From IMG/VR virus record IMGVR_UViG_3300038314_000750, positions 1 through 36,456 of that record: a DNA stretch of 36,456 bases; one strand, written 5' to 3'. Below are positions 26,088-34,071 of this stretch, one piece after another (positions within the stretch are counted from its first letter, which is position 1; each line of letters begins with the position of its first letter). The position numbers were made by a program, and so were the translations under genes. The notes below the pieces were generated by a model. That model did no database searches and was not told the origin of the DNA. It was given only the letters and a program-made list of their open reading frames with translations. Source of the stretch: a virus (lineage: Duplodnaviria; Caudoviricetes).

Positions 26088-26675
26088 TTACTTTTGCGAA
26101 ATTGGACGATTCCAAGAAGGTAATGCCTCAACCATTTTCTTAGCATCCTCTATAGGCATGCTACGAATCTGCTCTTTGGTTATACCCTTTTCCCCTTCTG
26201 GTAATCTACCGCCCTCAACAAATTCAGGACTTGCTGGTTTCTGCAATTTTTGTTCCTGTTGAACCATTTTCTCAAAAGCAGAATCCTTATAAGCCTCACT
26301 CATAGAGACACCTTTTTGCTTAGCAATAGCCTGAACATCGTCAGAATATCCCTTAGCGTCTGGGTGTTCCATGCCAAATTCCATTTTAGCGATTTTGTCG
26401 CTGGTCGCTACATTAGCATCTTGATTCTTCTCTTCAGAAGATTTAGCTGCTTCTATTTTGTCAAACTCTGCCGCTTTTGGACCAAGCTCTCCAATATAAG
26501 AAGTTTGCTCTTTCATCCCCTTCCGAGCTTCCTCTATGCTTTTGTATTCACGACTCATCAACGTATTGATTTCCTCAAGGGTAAGATTATCGCCCTGTGG
26601 CGTAACATTTTCACCACCTTCTCCAGGGGTAACGTCTGCCCCTTGAGGGTCGGTTATTGAAGGTTTGTTTACCAT
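26088..26675 (-). CDS. capsid scaffolding protein
   Basis: acidic, helical, between portal and capsid. Confidence 0.7.
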   Translation of the reverse strand: MVNKPSITDPQGADVTPGEGGENVTPQGDNLTLEEINTLMSREYKSIEEARKGMKEQTSYIGELGPKAAEFDKIEAAKSSEEKNQDANVATSDKIAKMEFGMEHPDAKGYSDDVQAIAKQKGVSMSEAYKDSAFEKMVQQEQKLQKPASPEFVEGGRLPEGEKGITKEQIRSMPIEDAKKMVEALPSWNRPISQK

Positions 26676-26711
26676 AAAATTTCACTTCATTATCCGCTGT
26701 AGCCTTCCAGG

Positions 26712-26933
26712 CTAGGTCGACCTATCCGCTGTGGTTCCAGTGGGCAAAGCATCTGCTGCCCCTTCCACTGTTCTAATAATTTGGCTCTTAAACTCCTGAA
26801 CCCCCTTAGCTTCTGGTAATCTTTGTTTAGGAATACCCCAACCGTAATACTTCTCTGCTGTATCGTTTAAGAGTTTTTTAATAATTTTCCAAGTTTCCGT
26901 ATTAGCTGCTTGTGCTAATTTTTTATTATCCAT
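26712..26933 (-). CDS. small head-module protein (73 aa)
   Basis: TAATG-coupled to portal; typical position. Confidence 0.7.
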   Translation of the reverse strand: MDNKKLAQAANTETWKIIKKLLNDTAEKYYGWGIPKQRLPEAKGVQEFKSQIIRTVEGAADALPTGTTADRST

Positions 26934-28777
26934 TATTGTTGTGTTGCCGCAGCAACTGGAACACCCTTAGTTTTGGGGCTTAATGTTCCTTCTAAATTTC
27001 CTCTTTGAAACTCCGACATAGCTGTAGGTTCTCGACCTGCAACCTGTGTCGCTGCAGGAGCTTTTTGTCCGTTTGTAAATCTTGAACCACTTAATCCCAT
27101 AATCTCAGCAACTTCTCTTCCAAGGGCTTCGCCATCCATTCCTGGGAGCTGAGCTTGAATTAAATCAATTAAGTTTCTGGCCATAACTGCCTTATCAAAC
27201 TTCTCATCAGTAATCTCTATGTCTACATCATAATCTACATCAAAGAATTCTTTTAAAATCTGTATATCCCTATCCTTACCAAGTTTATTTAATCGCCCTC
27301 TAAATGCTGTCTTAAACATCTCCGCCTCTTCATCTGTCGGGACTCTGCCTGTTTCCACTATTCTATTAAGAACCTCATTATGATAAGCGTTGGTCAACAT
27401 AATGTCGTCAATCATCAAAAGGTCTTCAGCTTCACCAGTAATACGCAGTATCTCACCCTGCTTCAAAGAATCTATTATTAGTGGGATAACATGTCTTTTC
27501 AGGAATCGCTTTAAGAATAAACCTATGTTCTCTTGTGTGAGAGCAAACGCAGACCTTGAACCTCTATCCTTAAGGACTGCTGTAGTTGCTGGCAGCGAAG
27601 GAGCTATGGTTTCTACATCATGAGTCCCAGTTACCCTTTCCGCCATGCCTATAATTTCAGCTGGTTCCTGATATGCTGAAGCCTTGACATCCCCTTCAAC
27701 TAATGTCTGGATGTCTTCCATATTATCTACTGGGATAGCCCCACCTGATTTAATTGATTCCAGCATCTGACGTGTAATGCCCACGCCCTTACGATATTTA
27801 AACTTACCAGTTAGCTTATTCATCAATTCATCCCTACGAATATTGACCACTGTATTTAACCAAGTCTGAAGCCCTTTAATCATCTCAGCAGGAGGTCGTC
27901 CATGCCATCTGTTGGGGACTCTTTTATACCAACACTCTTCAAAAGGCTTAAATGCTCCTTTGTCCAGCTTAATTTTATGAATTATCTTTATCTGGTCTGC
28001 TAGCTGTCCTGTGCTGGAAGACACATTATCTGTCGACTCTTTAGGTTGGGCTGAAGCTATGATGGTGCCAGGAAGCCAGGTCTCTTCATCTGCCTTGTCT
28101 TTTGTTACCAAGCTCTTAGGAATAAGCCCCCACCTCTCATAAATATTCGCTGTGGGAACTGAACCCGTGCTGTATTGAATAAACTCCTTATTGTCCCAGG
28201 GCATTCTTGCCACCTCATCCTTGGTCATTGATGCTTTTTGTAGGATAGGAACATCGTGTAAAGAATGAGCTGATGGGTCTATAACCAGATTCAAAGGGTC
28301 AACGATGCTTAATCTTGGGAGATTACGCTTATACTCCTTAGACCACACTCTAACTGCTTTGGCAATTCCTGTGCCGTCTATAGTTAAACTACGGGTAAAT
28401 TCATTCAAAAATTCACCAAATCCTATTATTTTTAAAAAGTGTAAAGTAACCAACCGAACCAACTGAGCTATTCTGGAATCTTTACCTGGAGGGTTTTTAA
28501 TGGTTACATCTTTGGTGTCTAAATCTATATTCTTAACAATCGTTTCTATCGTCCATTCGGTTAATGGAATCCATAACTTATCAAGTCCTGTATCATCATC
28601 TACTGAATTTTCATAAACTCCGTAATAATTCTTACGATTGCTGTCAATCTCACCCCGCATAGAGAAGGTGACATCGTCTGATACTACAATGTTAATATTC
28701 TCCCACGCTTGTTTTTCGCGTTGGATAAGCCCTATAGCCAATTTGTCTTCTTTGGTCGGGTCATAATTCTCTGTCAT
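26933..28777 (-). CDS. portal protein (P22-like)
   Basis: 614 aa after TerL; DGTGIAK, VDPLNLVIDP, PNRWHGR, LQTWLN, TATT-like ATT segment. Confidence 0.85.
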   Translation of the reverse strand: MTENYDPTKEDKLAIGLIQREKQAWENINIVVSDDVTFSMRGEIDSNRKNYYGVYENSVDDDTGLDKLWIPLTEWTIETIVKNIDLDTKDVTIKNPPGKDSRIAQLVRLVTLHFLKIIGFGEFLNEFTRSLTIDGTGIAKAVRVWSKEYKRNLPRLSIVDPLNLVIDPSAHSLHDVPILQKASMTKDEVARMPWDNKEFIQYSTGSVPTANIYERWGLIPKSLVTKDKADEETWLPGTIIASAQPKESTDNVSSSTGQLADQIKIIHKIKLDKGAFKPFEECWYKRVPNRWHGRPPAEMIKGLQTWLNTVVNIRRDELMNKLTGKFKYRKGVGITRQMLESIKSGGAIPVDNMEDIQTLVEGDVKASAYQEPAEIIGMAERVTGTHDVETIAPSLPATTAVLKDRGSRSAFALTQENIGLFLKRFLKRHVIPLIIDSLKQGEILRITGEAEDLLMIDDIMLTNAYHNEVLNRIVETGRVPTDEEAEMFKTAFRGRLNKLGKDRDIQILKEFFDVDYDVDIEITDEKFDKAVMARNLIDLIQAQLPGMDGEALGREVAEIMGLSGSRFTNGQKAPAATQVAGREPTAMSEFQRGNLEGTLSPKTKGVPVAAATQQ

Positions 28778-28787
28778 TTATTTTCCG

Positions 28788-30059
28788 CTAATATTTAGGA
28801 TGCTTAAAAATCATTGCTTCCTCATTCTTTTTATTGGGGTTCTCGCTAAGTTGCCATACTGCTAAAGCTAATGAATTGACACAATCATCATGCAATCCTT
28901 CTGGAGCAGAATATCGTATATTCCCGCTATCTGTCCGCTTATAACCAAAGGCTTCAAGTTCATCAATCAGAACCTCGATTGGCGGGATATTAAACCTTTT
29001 CTGCTCTATAAATATTGAAAGTTTTTCAATTAACTGGGTCTTGGACTTATTTGTATATTTAAAGTCGTCTACTGCCAAACCCATCCTTCTAAGGTCGTCC
29101 GTGATAGGGTCACCTACTCCTGTAGAATCAATCGTAATCCTTGCTCCGTTATATTTCTTAGCAGTTTCGTAAATCCTTGCTTTCTGTAAATTCCAATCTA
29201 TATCCTTGAATCTGTCAAAATGAACTAACTGATGGTTTCTACGGTTAATTACCGAAAGAACTGTAAAGTCCTGGTATTTTCCCAAATCTACACCCATTAC
29301 ATAAAAGTTGCTCTTTTCTGGGTTTTTAACCTCTCCTGATACAATTTCTTTAACTCCTCGGAATACGGCTGCCGCGTCTCTTAAAAAGGCTGCTTCATAC
29401 TCCTGATTAAAAACGTCCATAGGGAGCCGTTTCTTTTCTCGTTCCCACTCGTCTATAGGAAAATAGGGGTTATTTTTGCTTGTAAAATGAAATGAAACCC
29501 CGTCCTCTGCGTCCTTATTCTGGATGTGCTGCTGATAAAACCAGTTCTGTCCAAACGGAGTGCTTATAAAGAGAGCTGACCCCTTTCTACTTGTAAGACG
29601 TTGGGAGATATACGAATTATAGACCTCTCCCTTCATTCTGGAACATTCGTCCATAATCACCAAATCCAACTCTTCTCCTAACAGCCCTGTGGGAAATTCG
29701 GCTGACTTACACTCAACCCAGCTCTGAAACCTCACATGACGCACTGAGAGCTTCCCTGCGGCACGTTGTATCTTAATTCTGCCCCTTTTAAGGTCTTCTG
29801 GAAAACCATTGCCTAAAAAGGTGTTTAAGTGTTCAAAGACCTTTTTGCTTAAATCATAGGTTGGACTTACTATCCAAATGTGAGTTCCTGGATTAAAGAG
29901 CTTCTTAAGAGCTAAATAAGCACATAACTGAGATTTACCAAACCTTGTTCCTGCACATATTACGGTAAAACGTTTAATTCCTGTAAGAATCTCTTTTTGG
30001 GGATTATGGGGTGTCCATCTTATTCTTTCTTGTAGTTCTATCTCTTTATTTGAAAACAT
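28788..30059 (-). CDS. terL: terminase large subunit
   Basis: Walker A AGTRFGKS, Walker B LVIMDE, ISTP, QEYEAAF, nuclease GVDLG, IDSTGVG, HDDCV. Confidence 0.95.
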   Translation of the reverse strand: MFSNKEIELQERIRWTPHNPQKEILTGIKRFTVICAGTRFGKSQLCAYLALKKLFNPGTHIWIVSPTYDLSKKVFEHLNTFLGNGFPEDLKRGRIKIQRAAGKLSVRHVRFQSWVECKSAEFPTGLLGEELDLVIMDECSRMKGEVYNSYISQRLTSRKGSALFISTPFGQNWFYQQHIQNKDAEDGVSFHFTSKNNPYFPIDEWEREKKRLPMDVFNQEYEAAFLRDAAAVFRGVKEIVSGEVKNPEKSNFYVMGVDLGKYQDFTVLSVINRRNHQLVHFDRFKDIDWNLQKARIYETAKKYNGARITIDSTGVGDPITDDLRRMGLAVDDFKYTNKSKTQLIEKLSIFIEQKRFNIPPIEVLIDELEAFGYKRTDSGNIRYSAPEGLHDDCVNSLALAVWQLSENPNKKNEEAMIFKHPKY

Positions 30060-30529
30060 TATTTTGAAAGAAAACCTCTTTTTAATGGTTGTTTAACCCT
30101 TTATTTAAGCCAAGTGGCACTCTATTTACCGAGGATTGTATTTCTTAAATTCACTTGGCTTATTTAAGCCATTTTATTTTCTTCTTTTTGTCTGATTTTA
30201 TAAAAATAGTTATGGGGAGGATAACAATATTTTACAACAAAACACAAGTCTGGGGGTGGGGGGGGTATTGGCTCAAGTATGCGGTTGTATGTTTATGGTT
30301 ATGAGTATAATGGTGATTATACCCTATGCATATTGGCTTTAATAAGTTGTTTTAATACAATACTGATATATGCTCTTGTCTATTTCTATGTTGTGCGTGT
30401 GAGAGATGCAGGTTAATAGGTTGATAAGTTAATAGGTTGTAGATTAAAAGGTCAATAGCTAATCTTACAAATATAACCATTTAATACCTTTTTTGCTTTT
30501 AATTAGTCTTACGGGGCAGTTTTGAGCGT

Positions 30530-30874
30530 CTATAATCCTTGATAGTCTTCACTTTCTGCTTTTTCAAAGGTTATGTTGTGTTTTAATAGTCCTCTTGCTT
30601 GTAATACCATCTTAATTGCTTGGAGACTTGCCCGCTTGTCTGATGACTTGGCGTGTTTGTTTAATAATAAACCGATTGTATTGTCGTCCAGTCCTATATC
30701 ATCCAGTAATGCTACGAAACCTTTTGATGCGGTCATCTTTTGAGGGGTATGAGCTGTGTTTTTCTTATAACCAGCGTCAACCATTGCCTTGCCCATATTG
30801 CCACCATTATCCACCAAGTTCTGGAGGGCTTGTTTATGTCTGTGTTTTGGTTTTATATTATATGATTTTTTCAT
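30530..30874 (-). CDS. terS: terminase small subunit
   Basis: GNMGKAMVDAGY HTH pattern typical of TerS; upstream of terL. Confidence 0.7.
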   Translation of the reverse strand: MKKSYNIKPKHRHKQALQNLVDNGGNMGKAMVDAGYKKNTAHTPQKMTASKGFVALLDDIGLDDNTIGLLLNKHAKSSDKRASLQAIKMVLQARGLLKHNITFEKAESEDYQGL

Positions 30875-30926
30875 TATTCTGGGGATAACTATTTTGTCGT
30901 GGCTTATCTGTGCCGTTTGTCAGGGG

Positions 30927-30955
30927 TTGACAAGCTTGTTTTGATTTGTTAGACT
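30927..30955 (+). promoter_or_regulatory. sigma70 promoter of the divergent plus-strand operon
   Basis: TTGACA(30927-30932)-N17-TAGACT(30950-30955); -35 lies within inverted repeat TTGTCA-GGGGT-TGACAA. Confidence 0.7.
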
Positions 30956-31004
30956 TCTTATGTAAAGTTAATAAGGGATTGTATCGGGTCTTTAACAAAA
31001 TTAT

Positions 31005-31145
31005 ATGACTAGAATAGTGCCAATAAAAGATTTGTTTATTGATAAGGGTATTCTTTACTGGAATGATAAACAATGGAAAATGAGGTGGTCAGGCGAAATT
31101 GTAAAGTATATTAGTAAAACGGAAGTGGAGTTCTATATCTATTAA
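31005..31145 (+). CDS. hypothetical early protein (46 aa)
   Basis: Manual translation MTRIVPIKDLFIDKGILYWNDKQWKMRWSGEIVKYISKTEVEFYIY; first ORF after promoter. Confidence 0.6.
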   Translation: MTRIVPIKDLFIDKGILYWNDKQWKMRWSGEIVKYISKTEVEFYIY

Positions 31146-31147
31146 TT

Positions 31148-31194
31148 GCTGTTTAATTGACATCAGTATCCGATACTGCTGGTGTCAATCATAA
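31148..31194 (+). repeat. structured repeat A (short type)
   Basis: GCTGTTTA + stem ATTGACATCAG/CTGGTGTCAAT + CATAA. Confidence 0.75.
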
Positions 31195-31237
31195 GAGTTA
31201 TTAAATAAAAGATTTGTTTAGGGGTCTTTGAAAATTA

Positions 31238-31420
31238 ATGGATAAAGAACGATTAAAAGAAGTTAGGTATTATATTGGCCGAGAAAAAACATACTTGAAT
31301 AATCTTATAAAAATGTATAAAGAAGATTTACTAAGAGATGTTTTGAAAAGAAGTATTGATTGGAAAAGTTTTGACTCTTATTGCGAAGGATTAAGATATG
31401 CTAAAAAAATATTAAAGTAG
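31238..31420 (+). CDS. hypothetical early protein (60 aa)
   Basis: ORF track. Confidence 0.7.
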   Translation: MDKERLKEVRYYIGREKTYLNNLIKMYKEDLLRDVLKRSIDWKSFDSYCEGLRYAKKILK

Positions 31421-31466
31421 CTGTTTAGTTAGCTTCAGCATCCTAAACTGCTGGAGCTAACCATAA
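31420..31466 (+). repeat. structured repeat B (short type)
   Basis: GCTGTTTA + stem GTTAGCTTCAG/CTGGAGCTAAC + CATAA; four compensatory pair changes vs A. Confidence 0.75.
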
Positions 31467-31513
31467 CCGCTGTTATGCGGTCAAACAAGGTATTCGCTGG
31501 TATCTTTAACAAA

Positions 31514-31732
31514 ATGGATAAAAAATTAAAAGAGTATAATGTTAGCTGGGAAGTTTCTAAACACGCAGTAATTGAAGCCAAAAACGAAGAAGAAGCTATT
31601 AAAATCGTAATTAATCAAGCCAAATTAACTAATGCTTTATTGGCGAGGGGTTGGAGGTCTATGGAAGATGAAATTGAACAATTTGAAGATGAAATAACGG
31701 CATCACCTGTGGCTCGTGAAATAAAATCGTAG
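31514..31732 (+). CDS. hypothetical early protein (72 aa)
   Basis: ORF track starts 31475; ATG 31514 preferred because it follows the TCTTTAACAA motif like its neighbours; IEAKNEEEA motif. Confidence 0.7.
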   Translation: MDKKLKEYNVSWEVSKHAVIEAKNEEEAIKIVINQAKLTNALLARGWRSMEDEIEQFEDEITASPVAREIKS

Positions 31733-31734
31733 GA

Positions 31735-31883
31735 GCTGGATAGATAACTTCATTCATAACAGCGAATGAGTGGAGTTATCAAATACGGTGGTTAGCGCTC
31801 TCTTATTAGCTCGTCAATCAACAATCCACATATTTATATATTATTAGGATAACCGATTTGATGGGCTAATAAGAGAATACTAA
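31735..31883 (+). ncRNA. structured repeat C (long type, two stems)
   Basis: GATAACTTCATTCAT/ATGAGTGGAGTTATC then ~28-bp interrupted stem; homologous to 32136-32276. Confidence 0.7.
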
Positions 31884-31950
31884 ATAGTCGTGGGTATTCT
31901 TGAATTCAGTTGTTAGGAAATTCCTAATAACTTAAAAAAGGAGATTTATT

Positions 31951-32133
31951 ATGAAAAAAACTAAACATGACTATAAGTGCGATATTTGTGGCAAACCAGC
32001 TACAATAAATATACAAGACTGGTGGCAGAAGTATGCAATAACGGAGGAAGGCGACTTTATGACTGATAAAGACTGGGAAGGCGATACAAGTGAATTCTAT
32101 TGCGATAAATGCGAGGAAAAACAAACTAGCTAA
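31951..32133 (+). CDS. small zinc-finger protein (60 aa)
   Basis: CDICGKPA...CDKC; AAGGAG RBS. Confidence 0.8.
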   Translation: MKKTKHDYKCDICGKPATINIQDWWQKYAITEEGDFMTDKDWEGDTSEFYCDKCEEKQTS

Positions 32134-32135
32134 TC

Positions 32136-32276
32136 GCTGGACAGATAACTTCATTGGCACAGCGAACAATGGAGTTATCAAATACGGTGGTTAATGTCCT
32201 GTTATTAGCCAATCAATCAACAAATCACAATACTATTACGATTGACCGATTTGGTTGGCTTATAAAGGGATACTAA
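32136..32276 (+). ncRNA. structured repeat D (long type, two stems)
   Basis: GATAACTTCATTG/CAATGGAGTTATC, identical linker AAATACGGTGGTTA, covarying second stem. Confidence 0.7.
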
Positions 32277-32324
32277 TTAAAAGGGCGTTATGTCGGGCGT
32301 TCTAAATTAATAAGGAGATTTATT

Positions 32325-32492
32325 ATGGAAAAGATTATTAAAGAAGTTTTAAATAAATTAACTAATAAAGATTTATGGGCTAATAACCATAAAGAAAATA
32401 TCAAATTATTTATTGAAACTGAAGTTAAAAAGGCATTGAAAAATGCTTACGCTTGTGGATTTGAGTGTGCTCGGAAAGCTTATAAAAAATAA
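32325..32492 (+). CDS. hypothetical early protein (55 aa)
   Basis: Manual translation MEKIIKEVLNKLTNKDLWANNHKENIKLFIETEVKKALKNAYACGFECARKAYKK; same AAGGAGATTTATTATG RBS as 31951. Confidence 0.7.
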   Translation: MEKIIKEVLNKLTNKDLWANNHKENIKLFIETEVKKALKNAYACGFECARKAYKK

Positions 32493-32526
32493 TATTTTAG
32501 AGTTATTTTAAGGAAGTGATAAATTT

Positions 32527-32733
32527 ATGAAAAAAGAAATTATAAAAAATACAAAACTGAATCCAACACCTAAAACAATACGAGAATTCAAATATCGTTG
32601 GCTTAAGGAAGAATTTATATGTTATTCTGATGAACAAATTAGGAACTTATTAAAAGAAATTCTGAAAAACGATAAAAAAGGGATTAGAAAAATAACTATA
32701 TTCAAACCAAAATGGATTACTATAAACTATTAA
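32527..32733 (+). CDS. hypothetical protein (68 aa)
   Basis: ORF track. Confidence 0.6.
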   Translation: MKKEIIKNTKLNPTPKTIREFKYRWLKEEFICYSDEQIRNLLKEILKNDKKGIRKITIFKPKWITINY

Positions 32734-32755
32734 AGAACAAATAAAAGGAGGAACT

Positions 32756-32911
32756 ATGGACTATATCTATCATAAAAAACAACTAAAGAGGAGGTATGAG
32801 GAACGAAGCTGTATCTGCTGGATGATATTTGTGTTTCTGGCTTTAACTGCTTATGCTTTTGTTCAATGTGGAATATGGAAGTTTCTTGCGGAAATGTATC
32901 GTATAATATAA
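32756..32911 (+). CDS. small membrane protein (51 aa)
   Basis: Manual translation MDYIYHKKQLKRRYEERSCICWMIFVFLALTAYAFVQCGIWKFLAEMYRII; AGGAGG RBS. Confidence 0.6.
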   Translation: MDYIYHKKQLKRRYEERSCICWMIFVFLALTAYAFVQCGIWKFLAEMYRII

Positions 32912-33070
32912 TCCTGTCTGTCTTTCTAATCTCACAAGATTAGGGGGTGCCCCCAGAACTTATAATTTTCAATGAGTTGCTATCTTACACGAGTTTTTAA
33001 TCTTGCCCCCCAAGATAGAATTCAAAATTATAAAAAATGTCTTTAAGTTAATAATTATATGTTAGGGAGC

Positions 33071-33101
33071 AAAATTAAAAACCGACAAAAAACTTGTCGG
33101 T
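33071..33101 (-). terminator. intrinsic terminator at convergence of the two transcription units
   Basis: ACCGACAA-GTTTT-TTGTCGGT followed by TTTTAATTTT on minus strand. Confidence 0.65.
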
Positions 33102-33156
33102 GTATCCTCCAATGGAAATACTTACAAAGTTGTCAACTTGTGTTCGCATAATAGTA

Positions 33157-33185
33157 ATTGTATTCTATTTTTTAACAAATGTCAA
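33157..33185 (-). promoter_or_regulatory. sigma70 promoter
   Basis: TTGACA(33185-33180)-N17-TACAAT(33162-33157). Confidence 0.6.
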
Positions 33186-33269
33186 ATGCTATCTGGGGAT
33201 AACTGCTCCTAACGGCTAATATAAGCCACATACAACCGCATTAGCCAAAAGATGGAAATGGTTTAGGAT

Positions 33270-33512
33270 TTATACAGGACGAATCTTTTTTCTGCATCTT
33301 GGGCACCGAGCCTTTCTATACTTATCCAAATCCTTAAAACTGGTTGGGTCAAATCGGAGTTTATACCTATGTCCGCAACTGCAAATGAATTGCGGATAGT
33401 TTTTTTGATACATTGGATAACAAGAGGAATTACAATATCGTTGTGCCCCTGCCGTTGGGGTGAACCAATTAAAACAGGTTTTACATCTGCGTTTTTTATC
33501 TGTTGTTTTCAT
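33270..33512 (-). CDS. Cys-rich zinc-finger protein
   Basis: CKTC, YCNSSC, CSCG, CPRC. Confidence 0.7.
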   Translation of the reverse strand: MKTTDKKRRCKTCFNWFTPTAGAQRYCNSSCYPMYQKNYPQFICSCGHRYKLRFDPTSFKDLDKYRKARCPRCRKKIRPV

Positions 33513-33518
33513 CTTGCC

Positions 33519-33902
33519 TCACTTTCGGTTTGCCCAATATTCTCTACTATGTAATCCTCCATGGCATTTTCGACAAAGAACTATTAAATTATCCTTGTCA
33601 TTATTAACTTTTAATCCTTTATTTTCATAGTTGCGACCTTGATTATCTAAATGATGAATTGTTAAATCATTTTCTTCACCGCACTCAACACATCTTCGGT
33701 TACATCTTTCATAAACCTCTAAAGCTAATCTAAATCCATATCTTGATATAGTCCCAGCTCCTAATCCATAATCTATCTTATATCTATTTAGATATTGTCC
33801 TTGACAATCTCGACAATGGGATTGTAAATTAGTTAAAGCTCTTCTGTCTAGGTTGAAACAATTATTCTCTTTTACTTTTTTACACTTTGAACATTTTTTC
33901 AT
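33519..33902 (-). CDS. free-standing HNH endonuclease
   Basis: N-terminal CSKC...CRDC; CVECG...LTIHHLD...NLIVLCRKCHGGLH; own promoter TTGACA(33939)-N17-TAGAAT(33911). Confidence 0.85.
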   Translation of the reverse strand: MKKCSKCKKVKENNCFNLDRRALTNLQSHCRDCQGQYLNRYKIDYGLGAGTISRYGFRLALEVYERCNRRCVECGEENDLTIHHLDNQGRNYENKGLKVNNDKDNLIVLCRKCHGGLHSREYWANRK

Positions 33903-33948
33903 ATACTACAATTCTATCATCTCGTCTAAGGGGTGTCAATACCCTTTT

Positions 33949-34071
33949 TTAATCCCTATTATTTATTTCCAATTTATCCAACTGCCGAATAAACCAGATG
34001 TATAACCCTACTATTCCTGCGATAATAAGGACTGCTAATAAGATGAGTTCAATTATAATGTGTTTAATCAT
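33949..34071 (-). CDS. small membrane protein (40 aa)
   Basis: MIKHIIIELILLAVLIIAGIVGLYIWFIRQLDKLEINNRD; ATGA overlap with YopX gene. Confidence 0.5.
   Translation of the reverse strand: MIKHIIIELILLAVLIIAGIVGLYIWFIRQLDKLEINNRD

Noticed and set aside
26676-26690. Stop-codon recoding (ATG AAG TGA in frame upstream of scaffold)
   Set aside because: TGA, TAG and TAA all terminate well-supported genes, often in ATGA overlaps, and long ORFs are intact in code 11
2598-27623. Numerous plus-strand ORFs in the track (e.g. 2598-3131, 7956-8285, 17612-17977, 26250-26660)
   Set aside because: Antisense shadows of well-supported minus-strand genes; no RBS or motifs
30858-31073. 71-aa minus-strand ORF and 30616-30888 plus-strand ORF
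   Set aside because: They overlap the divergent promoter region, the 31005 gene and terS; low-complexity translations
31148-32276. CRISPR array or integron attC array
   Set aside because: Repeats are long, divergent and separated by whole genes; no cas or integrase gene; no RYYYAAC/GTTRRRY ends
33519-33902. Second group I intron around the free-standing HNH
   Set aside because: No P7/S element, no P1 or terminal-G context, and the flanking genes are not two halves of one protein
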